64,000 bases of DNA from an uncultured Pseudomonadota bacterium (GTDB lineage Bacteria > Pseudomonadota > Alphaproteobacteria > Rs-D84 > CACZYB01). Positions 47,983 through 56,810 of the stretch are shown here, piece by piece. The position numbers and the translations under genes were made by a program. The stretch is taken from assembly GCA_902785275.1 (NCBI GenBank), contig CACZYB010000006.1, positions 1 to 64,000 on the forward strand. The letters are read 5' to 3'. Each line of letters opens with the position of its first letter. The stretch's first letter is position 1. The notes beneath the pieces were generated by a model. The model was not told the origin of the DNA and did no database searches. It was given only the letters and a program-made list of their open reading frames with translations.

Positions 47983-49167
47983 TTATCTTATTGAATGCTT
48001 AGATCTAAAATGGTGTCTATTTTTCTTTTTAAAAATAAAACAACAAATGATATTACAAATAAATTTAGGATATTTAATTCTTTTCCAAAAATTAATCAAA
48101 GATAATGTCGATAATTCTTTTTGTAAAACTGAATTCTCATTTTTTAAATATGAAATCATATTAAGTTTATGACAATAATCAGTCAATAATTCCGCTGAAT
48201 AAACAATAAATCTTGAATATTTATTTAAATCAATTTTTACATCTGGTGATAACGACAATACCTTTAAAATATTATCGACATTTTTTTCAAGAGAGTATCT
48301 TTCTATTGCTATTTTTCTTAATTCATCAACATCATCTAACGCATTCTTATAATTATCCACTAACTCATTTGCAATTTCTTTTGAAGATAATTTTCTTTTT
48401 GAAGCTCTTCCTGAATAATTAAATTCTTCAAATTTTTCATAATTTTGTAAATTGATATAACCTCCACCACCAAAATAATCATATTCATAAACAGGAATTC
48501 CCATACCCAAAGCATATTGAACTGTTTTTCCAATTGTAATAACAACATCATATCTTTTTAAAATTTCAGGTGTAATTGGAGTATATTTATCACCAGATAC
48601 ACCATAAACATCAACACAAACATCAGTTAAAATTTTTTTTAATTCTAAAATCTCTTTTGGAGGATGATTTGATACAACAATAATATTTTTTAAACTTTTA
48701 TTTACAACTTTCTGTTCCATAAATCTTTTAGGAAGAAAATTTGGAATAATCTTAAGACATTCTTCTTTAAAGCCGTATTTTTCATTAAAAATCTTTTTTG
48801 CTTCTTTTGTCAAAACACTACACAATGAACAATCCTTATAGTAAGGAGGAAGTACTTCTAAATTAACCCAAGAAGACAAAGAACCAACATGAACTTTTTT
48901 ATATTTTAATCCACGAAATAATAGTGTTGCTAAAATAGGAAAATGATACGACCAAACAATATCATATTCTATATCAACCGGCAAATCATTCACATTAAAT
49001 ACATGTAATCCTTTTGTTAATGCATAATCTTTTATATCATTTTCTATAACAACACTGGCACAAAAACATTCATAACCAATTGAGTTTAAATAATCTGAGA
49101 TTTCACAAATATGCATCATAGAACCGTGAAAACCATCAAAATAAAAACCTGTAAATAAAACTTTCAT
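47983..49167 (-). CDS. GT-B-like putative glycosyltransferase
   Basis: MKVLFTG...HGSMMHI, IIVVSNHPP, YDVVITIGKTVQYALGMGIPVY. Confidence 0.6.
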   Translation of the reverse strand: MKVLFTGFYFDGFHGSMMHICEISDYLNSIGYECFCASVVIENDIKDYALTKGLHVFNVNDLPVDIEYDIVWSYHFPILATLLFRGLKYKKVHVGSLSSWVNLEVLPPYYKDCSLCSVLTKEAKKIFNEKYGFKEECLKIIPNFLPKRFMEQKVVNKSLKNIIVVSNHPPKEILELKKILTDVCVDVYGVSGDKYTPITPEILKRYDVVITIGKTVQYALGMGIPVYEYDYFGGGGYINLQNYEKFEEFNYSGRASKRKLSSKEIANELVDNYKNALDDVDELRKIAIERYSLEKNVDNILKVLSLSPDVKIDLNKYSRFIVYSAELLTDYCHKLNMISYLKNENSVLQKELSTLSLINFWKRIKYPKFICNIICCFIFKKKNRHHFRSKHSIR

Positions 49168-49357
49168 TGTTTTTCCTAGAAGAAACTATATTTATATGGT
49201 TTTAGTATAATTTTAACAAATTTAAAAATCAATCAAAATAATATTTTATAATCAAAATAAATTGATATTTTTACAGACCTTAGTTATCTATTGCATTTAA
49301 TTGAAAATAAGATATACTGAAGGAGTATTGAATAATAAATAATGGTTTTTAAATATT

Positions 49358-50092
49358 ATGAAAAAAAACAAATTTGGTATTGGTATAGTTTTATACGATG
49401 GAGAAGAATTATTGGAACAATGTCTTAAATTTATAAGACCACATGTCGATTATATAAACATAGTTTATTCTGTTACTTCTTATACAGGAAAACAAGGAAA
49501 TCCTGAATTAACTAGTATTGTCGAAAAAATGAAGAAAAAATTTTCTATTGATGAAGTTATCGAATATAAAAACATACCAAATAAGACAAGAAGCGAACAA
49601 GAAAAACTTAAACGCATGGTAAGTTTAAACATGGCCAAAAAAGCTAAAATAAATTACTTTATGTTTCTAGATTCTGATGAATTTTATGATGATTCAACAA
49701 TAGAAACTGCAAAACAATTGATAGTAAAAAATAAAATAACACATTCATATGTTCATATTCTAAATTACGGAACTGAACCAACACAAAGATACGATAAAAG
49801 AAAATGGGAATATTACGTTCCATTTTTCAGTAAAATAAATAATTTTTCTATATGTGGAAATAACAAAAAAGCACCATGTTTATGCGATCCAACAAGACAA
49901 ATATTAGGGATTTATTTAAAACAAAAACATTATGTTTTAGAGAATATTTTTATGCATCATATGACTCGTGTAAGAAAAAATATTATGTTAAAGTATACAT
50001 CTCGTAACGTAAATCCCAACATAGATTCTGATTGGATAAATGATAAAGATGGATTTTTAACTGTACCAAATTATTTTGATATACATATTTAA
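49358..50092 (+). CDS. GT-A-like putative glycosyltransferase
   Basis: VLYDGEELLEQCL...YFMFLDSDEFY (DxD motif). Confidence 0.65.
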   Translation: MKKNKFGIGIVLYDGEELLEQCLKFIRPHVDYINIVYSVTSYTGKQGNPELTSIVEKMKKKFSIDEVIEYKNIPNKTRSEQEKLKRMVSLNMAKKAKINYFMFLDSDEFYDDSTIETAKQLIVKNKITHSYVHILNYGTEPTQRYDKRKWEYYVPFFSKINNFSICGNNKKAPCLCDPTRQILGIYLKQKHYVLENIFMHHMTRVRKNIMLKYTSRNVNPNIDSDWINDKDGFLTVPNYFDIHI

Positions 50093-50236
50093 TAAAACAC
50101 TACATTTATAAATATTTACTATAATAAATATATATTCAGTTAAGATATTTAAAATAAATTTCTTCTTTTATAATCTATTACAAAAAAATCTCCCCACTAC
50201 ATAAAGTGAGGAGATTGAAAGTTAAGATTAACTACC

Positions 50237-52168
50237 CTATTGTTTTTTTGCACCAAAACTAAATCCATAATTCAAAGTAGTAGGATTTGTTTCGTTTTCT
50301 TTACATCCAGAATAGAAACCAGTAACAGCACCTGCTACTTCTTCTACATTATCTACACCAAAGTATTTCTTTGAAAAATTTTGATTATAGTGTTGGGCTT
50401 TAATTTTTTCATTTACATCATGATTATATGTATCAAAATCAAATGTTGAATCTATATTCTTACCATCTTTATTGAAATCAATATTCAATTCATTATTATA
50501 ATCTGTATATTCAGCTGTTACTTTATACCAATTATCAAAATTAACAACTAAACTTTCTTTTATGTTATCAGCAATATCAATAGTAAGATTAACTGTACCA
50601 TCAAGATTTAATGTTTTTTCTTCCGCTCCTTCTTTATTATATTTTACAACACCAACTGCGTTACCAGCAAATACTGTTTCTTTATCTATAGAACTTAATT
50701 GATATTCTCTAATATTTTCATTATTGCTACCATAGAAGAAATCAACAACATTAGCATTTGGAACATTAGTATCTGTTGTTATGTATCCAAATTTTGCATA
50801 TGACAACCCTGTTTGAGATGGATTATTTAAAACAAGTTTAATATCACTAAGAACATCATTTTCTACAATATTATTTTGATATTGAATCTTTAATCCTCCA
50901 ATATTATATTCTTTTCCAATTTCTGGAGAATTATCATTTTCTATTAAATCAATATAATCAGGATTATCTTTATCTTCGTCCAATATATTTTTAAAATAAT
51001 CAACGTCTTTCCATGATTTATCTTTATAATAAGAAAGACCTTTATCAGACTTTATAACATATCCAGCACTATAAACGAAAACATTATGTTCCTGACTACC
51101 TTCTAAATATTTATTATTATCATTAAAAATTTTTAAATCTGAAATATAAAATATTATATCCTCTCCCTTAACTTCAACTTCATCAGCGGATCGTCCTTCA
51201 AAAGAATAAATAAATTTCTCTCCATCATCTGTAAATTTAACATTTCCATTCCAATTACCATTTTCAAGAAAACCCCACTCTAAAGAATTAGATTTTAATC
51301 CATAAGTAGCACCTTCCACAGAAAAATTTGTATTATTATAAGTAAAGCTCTTCTCTTCAACATGTTTTAAACTAAGTTTATCTATTGCTCTTTCAAGATC
51401 AAAAACTCTTGAATTTTGAGAAACAGCTTCTGAAATTGAACTTAATGTGAAGTCTTTTTTTACTTTCATGCCATTTTCATCTTCATAAAGAATATCTTTA
51501 GCTTGATCTGGCATAAAAATCATAACTGCTGTTGATATAGCATCAACTAAAAATTTTTCTGCATTTTCTGTAGTTGTAGATGAAGCTTTAGCTAAAGCAT
51601 TTATTATTTTTTCCTGATTTAGCTTAGCTGTTTCAGCATTTTCATCCATAGATAATTTTAAGAAAATACCATAAATTTGAGCAAGATAGTACTTTTTTAA
51701 ATTTTCAGGTAAACCTTCTGCTTTTAATTCTTTTTCTGCAAATGTATCATCCAAAGGTGTTTTTTTACCATTTGAAGAAGAATTTCCCGAATTGTTATTA
51801 CTATTGCCGTTATTTTTTGAGAAACGTCTTGTTGACGAAGTTAAATCAGAACTTGTTTTAGCAATTTCACCCAAATAAGCAGAAACAACAGTATCATATT
51901 CACTTATATCTATTTCTGAACTATTATCATTAACTTTTTCAGAAACTTTTCGTAAATTAGTCTCCATAGCATTTGTAATATATGTAGACAACTTCAATGT
52001 TGCTTCATCAATTTTATATTCTTCTGTTGTATTAGATGAATTGTTCTTTTTTGATGAAGGAAATTTTGTTTTTGGCATAGTTCCTAAACTACTACCACTA
52101 TTTTCAGTAATACATCCTGTTAAAAACATTAACATAGAAGATAAAACTAAGCTTGAAACTTTTTTCAT
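50237..52168 (-). CDS. Surface lipoprotein with TbpB-like C-terminal beta-barrel
   Basis: MKKVSSLVLSSMLMFLTGC lipobox, Ser/Asn-rich linker, C-terminus YFG...EEVAG...FSFGAKKQ. Confidence 0.7.
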   Translation of the reverse strand: MKKVSSLVLSSMLMFLTGCITENSGSSLGTMPKTKFPSSKKNNSSNTTEEYKIDEATLKLSTYITNAMETNLRKVSEKVNDNSSEIDISEYDTVVSAYLGEIAKTSSDLTSSTRRFSKNNGNSNNNSGNSSSNGKKTPLDDTFAEKELKAEGLPENLKKYYLAQIYGIFLKLSMDENAETAKLNQEKIINALAKASSTTTENAEKFLVDAISTAVMIFMPDQAKDILYEDENGMKVKKDFTLSSISEAVSQNSRVFDLERAIDKLSLKHVEEKSFTYNNTNFSVEGATYGLKSNSLEWGFLENGNWNGNVKFTDDGEKFIYSFEGRSADEVEVKGEDIIFYISDLKIFNDNNKYLEGSQEHNVFVYSAGYVIKSDKGLSYYKDKSWKDVDYFKNILDEDKDNPDYIDLIENDNSPEIGKEYNIGGLKIQYQNNIVENDVLSDIKLVLNNPSQTGLSYAKFGYITTDTNVPNANVVDFFYGSNNENIREYQLSSIDKETVFAGNAVGVVKYNKEGAEEKTLNLDGTVNLTIDIADNIKESLVVNFDNWYKVTAEYTDYNNELNIDFNKDGKNIDSTFDFDTYNHDVNEKIKAQHYNQNFSKKYFGVDNVEEVAGAVTGFYSGCKENETNPTTLNYGFSFGAKKQ

Positions 52169-52321
52169 AATACTCCCCCTCACAAGATTTTAATATATTA
52201 TAAATTTTCTCTTATTCTAATTTACCTTAAAATAGGTAAAAAGTCAATTAATTTAACAATTCTATTTACAAAAAACTTCCACATCATAAGATGAGGAGTA
52301 GATAAATGAAAGAAAATACTT

Positions 52322-53083
52322 TTATCTTTCTTTTGAAGAAACTTTTTTAACAATAATTTCTGTTATTTCGTTCTGAATATCAAAAACATTAAGTAAATTT
52401 TCTTTTGTTATTACAACATTATCCTTTGGTTTTTCAACTATTGTAACAATATCAACAATTTTTGGATCGAATAACACACCTTTGTTTTTAACAAGGTAAT
52501 TTGCAATAGACTCAAAAGAATTAAATTCCCTATTATAACATCTATGCCCCATAAGTGCAGATATAACATCAGCAACTCTTGCAATACGCCCCAACAAAGA
52601 AATATTTTCACCTTTTAAATGTTTTGGATAACCACTTCCATCATAATTTTCATGATGTTCCCTTGAAATCACCATAATTGTATCATACAAAGCTTGTATA
52701 GTTTTATTTGGCTTTTCTCCAAAAATATGATCCAAAACTTTTTTTGTATTTTCAGGATGTCTGTGCACATATTTAAATTCTTGATCAGTAAGACGGCCCG
52801 GCTTATTTAAGATTTCATCAGGAATAAATATTTTACCAAGATCATGTAATTCATATAAGTCAGCCAAAGTATCCAAATCCATATAACTTAATGCGATTTG
52901 TGTTTTCTTATCTTTTTTCATATCCGCATCATCTGTATTTTTAAGAATCATTCGAGCAATTTGAGCCACCTCATCACTATGTTCAATAAGCTCTTTATTT
53001 CCAGACATTTTTAGAAAACTTACTGCCTCTGCAATTTTATCAGCATACAAAATTTTATTAAAAAATTTATTCTCGGTCCCCAT
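52322..53083 (-). CDS. Stand-alone HD-GYP domain protein
   Basis: LHDLGKIFIPDEILNKPGRLT, HHENYDGSGYP, RVADVISAL. Confidence 0.9.
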   Translation of the reverse strand: MGTENKFFNKILYADKIAEAVSFLKMSGNKELIEHSDEVAQIARMILKNTDDADMKKDKKTQIALSYMDLDTLADLYELHDLGKIFIPDEILNKPGRLTDQEFKYVHRHPENTKKVLDHIFGEKPNKTIQALYDTIMVISREHHENYDGSGYPKHLKGENISLLGRIARVADVISALMGHRCYNREFNSFESIANYLVKNKGVLFDPKIVDIVTIVEKPKDNVVITKENLLNVFDIQNEITEIIVKKVSSKER

Positions 53084-53595
53084 ATTTTTTTATTCCCTAA
53101 ACTTATTTTCCCGTTGCGCATTTATAATATCACAGAATCGGAGTCCATTCAAGACTTTTTTCTTAAAAAAATTAAAAAAAAGCTGGGATTTTTTTCAAAA
53201 TATTTCATTTTCAAATATTTTAAAAAGAACAAAAAATATACATTTTTAACGCAAAGAATTTTAAATACCACATATTAATTTTTATTATTAAGTTTTAAAT
53301 GTTTTAATAAATTAAATTTTCAGATTCGATTTTTATATAATTCTTTTTAACATACATAAGAAACATGTAAGAAATTTAAAAGCCCAATAAAATATAACAA
53401 AATATATTTATAAATTTATCAAGATTAAAAAAAACACACCCCACCCCTAAAAAAGCATCCTTAATTCTTTATTATTTATACAAGATATGAAATTTTGATA
53501 AATAAGCATGATAAAATTCTAAAAAAATACGAAATAAACAAGAAAAAATCCCTTGGAATACCAAGGGACCTTTAATTTCTTAAATAAATATAAGA

Positions 53596-53820
53596 TTATG
53601 CCTTCTTTGTAAAGCCAGCAAATTTCTTTTTAAATTTATCAGCAGCACCACCACCAATATCATTCAAACTTCTTTTACCAGTCCAAGCAGGATGTGTATT
53701 TGGATCGATATCAAGTTTAAGTGGTTCTTTTCTTTCCAAAGTAGAACGCATTTTTACAACTTCACCAGTTGTAAGAATTACATCATATTCGTTATATTTA
53801 GGATGAATACCTTTTTTCAT
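53596..53820 (-). CDS. rpmE: 50S ribosomal protein L31 (Cys-free form)
   Basis: MKKGIHPKY...LDIDPNTHPAWTG. Confidence 0.96.
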   Translation of the reverse strand: MKKGIHPKYNEYDVILTTGEVVKMRSTLERKEPLKLDIDPNTHPAWTGKRSLNDIGGGAADKFKKKFAGFTKKA

Positions 53821-53912
53821 AATAAAATTCCTTTTGTTTTTGACATTTAGTATTGGGTATTATATAATAAAAAATATTTATTTCAAGTAAAAAATGAGAG
53901 GAATTTTTAAAT

Positions 53913-54485
53913 ATGCAAAGAATCTTTGTCATTGCAGGACCAACAAATACAGGAAAAGACACTGTAATGCACAGATTATTGCAGATTCCTGAGCTTAATC
54001 TTGTAAAGGTCGTAACTTCAACTTCAAGAGCTCCAAGACCGAATGAAATTGACGGAAAAGATTATCATTTCTACACAAAAGAGGAATTTTTAAAGAAAAT
54101 TGAAAATGGCGACTTTTTTGAATGGGCTTTGGTTCATACCGACTATAAAGGGATTCAAAAATCCTCTATTTATAAAGATATTCCAAAGGATAAAGATATT
54201 ATCATCCAGTTGGATATACAGGGATACAATAGTCTTAAATCAAAATTGAATCACAATGAATACAAAATTGTTGGTATATTTATTTCTCCACCATCCATGG
54301 AGGAATTAAAGAGAAGAATGCGTCTTCGAGGTACAGAAACAAACCCTGTTGATATTGAAGTTCGCCTTAAGAATGCTGAATTTGAAATTACAAACAAGAA
54401 CATTTTTGATTATCAAGTTATAAATGACAATCTTGATGTTTGCGTGGATGAAATTGTCAATATAATAAAGAATAGTCAAAAATAA
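53913..54485 (+). CDS. gmk: Guanylate kinase
   Basis: AGPTNTGKDT, TSRAPRPNEIDGKDYHF, IFISPPSMEEL. Confidence 0.92.
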   Translation: MQRIFVIAGPTNTGKDTVMHRLLQIPELNLVKVVTSTSRAPRPNEIDGKDYHFYTKEEFLKKIENGDFFEWALVHTDYKGIQKSSIYKDIPKDKDIIIQLDIQGYNSLKSKLNHNEYKIVGIFISPPSMEELKRRMRLRGTETNPVDIEVRLKNAEFEITNKNIFDYQVINDNLDVCVDEIVNIIKNSQK

Positions 54486-54496
54486 CCGGCTTTTTC

Positions 54497-55384
54497 TTAC
54501 ATTTTCTTCTTCTCGTTAGTAAGGAATATTCCAAGCAAAACCAATATTCCACCATAAATTTGTGTTGAATAAATTCTTTCTCCTAAAAAGAAATATGCTT
54601 CGATAGAACTGAAAATAGGCATAAGATAATAGATTATACTTGCCTTTACCCCACCAATTATATCCAACGACATATTCCAGAAAAGATAGGATAAAACTGA
54701 ATTAAATATTCCCATATAAAGAAGTGTTCCAACAGAAAGCATATCCCACTTATCACAAACAGGATGATAAAAGCTATCCCACAAAAAGAACGGTAAAATT
54801 ATTGCTGTACCCAATAAAACTATACAAGAAAGTAATGTAGTTTGAGAAATTTCTTTTGGTCTTTTTATCATAATAACACTATAAATACCGAACGAAAGTG
54901 CCAGTAAAAGCATCCAAAAATCACCTATTTTAAATAAAAAATTATTTGATAACAATTTTCCGTGCAAAACTATTGTTATAACACCAATAAATGAAATTAT
55001 TATTCCCCAGATTTGCTTTGTTGAAATATGTATATCATAAAAAATCCTTGAAAGTATGATAATAAATACAGGACCCATCACTCCAATAAGCGACATTTCA
55101 ACCGCAGATATTGTATCACCAGCAATATAAGAAAATGTATTCATTAGAACTATACCCGTAATGGAAAGCCAGAAAATTATGTTAAAATTTTTTATGATGA
55201 CATCCTTTTTCTTAATTATATCACCCAAAGTAAATGGTATAAGTGTTATAGATGCAAAGAACCATCTGTAAAATGATATTTGCCATGGAGTAAATGTGTT
55301 TGCAAAATATTTTGCCACTATAACATTAAAACTCCAGAACAAAACTGCCAATATTGCAAGTGTGTAACCTTTACTTTTTTGCAT
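54497..55384 (-). CDS. EamA/DMT-family transporter
   Basis: ~10 TM segments in two repeats; LFWSFNVIVAK, YLMPIFS. Confidence 0.88.
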   Translation of the reverse strand: MQKSKGYTLAILAVLFWSFNVIVAKYFANTFTPWQISFYRWFFASITLIPFTLGDIIKKKDVIIKNFNIIFWLSITGIVLMNTFSYIAGDTISAVEMSLIGVMGPVFIIILSRIFYDIHISTKQIWGIIISFIGVITIVLHGKLLSNNFLFKIGDFWMLLLALSFGIYSVIMIKRPKEISQTTLLSCIVLLGTAIILPFFLWDSFYHPVCDKWDMLSVGTLLYMGIFNSVLSYLFWNMSLDIIGGVKASIIYYLMPIFSSIEAYFFLGERIYSTQIYGGILVLLGIFLTNEKKKM

Positions 55385-56807
55385 TTTCTACCTCTTTTAA
55401 TGGTTTTCCTCCGATAGATTTATAAAAATTGATTAAGGAAAGATAAAGATTTGCATTCGCATTGACCATATCTGCCTGTGCCGAAATTTTTCTTTGTTCA
55501 GCATCCAAAACATCATTATAACTAATCAAACCAAGCTTATACTTTTTCCAATTAAGTTCAGATACAAGCTTCATATTTTCATATGCCTTTGTGGAAGCAA
55601 GACCTATTTGATACCCCTTCTCTATCGCATTGATTGAGTTTTTAACTTCTGCAACAGCGTTAAGCAAAACTTTTTTATAGGAAAGTAACGCTTCTTCCTT
55701 TAGATATTTTTGAATATTTACATTATTATTAAGTTGATTCCAATGAAAAATTGGCAAATTTACCAATGGGATAAAGCTATTGACCCAACTATCATTATCA
55801 ATCAAATTGCTCCATTTTAAAGATTGAAAACCGAAAAATGAAGAAAGAGAAACTGATGGGTAAAGCTTACTTATAGCAACGCCAATTTCTGCATTTTTCG
55901 AGATAATATTTTCTTCAGCAATCTTTACATCTGGTCTGTTTCTTATCACGGAAACCGGAAGATTATAAAGACTATCCAAATTCAAATTAATCGCTTGGTT
56001 AATAATATTAAATTCCGTTTCATTTAATATATCATTTATTCCTTCGGGAAGTTTTCCAACCAAAATTGCCAAAGCATTTTCATACATACTTTTTTGATAC
56101 TCTAATTTTGGAATGGACATTTTGGTTGTTTCCAAAAGATATTTTGATTGAGACAAAGTAATTTCATCAGTAAGAGAAAATTTATACTGATCTTTGATAA
56201 GATTATACGCTTGCTCCTGCATAGATAAATTTTCTTTTGCATTCAAAAGTTGTTGTTCTATGTTTCGTAAATTGATATAGTTTACTGCAACCTCTGACAC
56301 TAAAGAAACATTTGTATTTTTTAAGTTATAAAGCATAGCATTATATTGAGCTTTTGCAGACTCGGTTTTTCGTCTTCCACCACCAAAAATATCAAGTTCC
56401 CAGGAGGCATCAAAGCCTGTTTGATAATAATCCACACCCATCATATCATTTGCATTTTTATTTTCATTTATAAAGTTATATTTTCCTGTAAAATCAAAGG
56501 CTGGAAGATTGTTTTTAAAAGCTATTCTTAAACTTTCTCTTGCTTGTTTTAGCTTTAAAATCGCAATCTTTATTGTACTACTATTTTCTTGAACTTCGTC
56601 CATCAATTTATTAAGAGAAATATCATTAAAATCATACAAAGAAAAACTGTATTTTTCAGAATCGTTTTCTATTTTATTTAGCTTTATAGATTGTTGAATC
56701 TCATCATCTTCAAAAAATTTTTCGTATGTATAATCAGGACCTACGGAACAAGCGGAAAGAGTTATAAATAAAATATATCGAAATTCAAACAAGCGCTTTA
56801 TTTTCAT
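55371..56807 (-). CDS. RND outer-membrane factor lipoprotein (NodT/OprM/CmeC type)
   Basis: LSACSVGPDY lipobox, ASWELDIFGG, RPDVKIAE. Confidence 0.92.
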   Translation of the reverse strand: MKIKRLFEFRYILFITLSACSVGPDYTYEKFFEDDEIQQSIKLNKIENDSEKYSFSLYDFNDISLNKLMDEVQENSSTIKIAILKLKQARESLRIAFKNNLPAFDFTGKYNFINENKNANDMMGVDYYQTGFDASWELDIFGGGRRKTESAKAQYNAMLYNLKNTNVSLVSEVAVNYINLRNIEQQLLNAKENLSMQEQAYNLIKDQYKFSLTDEITLSQSKYLLETTKMSIPKLEYQKSMYENALAILVGKLPEGINDILNETEFNIINQAINLNLDSLYNLPVSVIRNRPDVKIAEENIISKNAEIGVAISKLYPSVSLSSFFGFQSLKWSNLIDNDSWVNSFIPLVNLPIFHWNQLNNNVNIQKYLKEEALLSYKKVLLNAVAEVKNSINAIEKGYQIGLASTKAYENMKLVSELNWKKYKLGLISYNDVLDAEQRKISAQADMVNANANLYLSLINFYKSIGGKPLKEVENAKK

Positions 56808-56810
56808 TTT

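Noticed and set aside
53084-53595. 510-nt intergenic gap as ncRNA or oriC
   Set aside because: Extremely AT-rich with no stable structure beyond the rpmE terminator; no DnaA-box cluster seen; the region looks terminus-proximal
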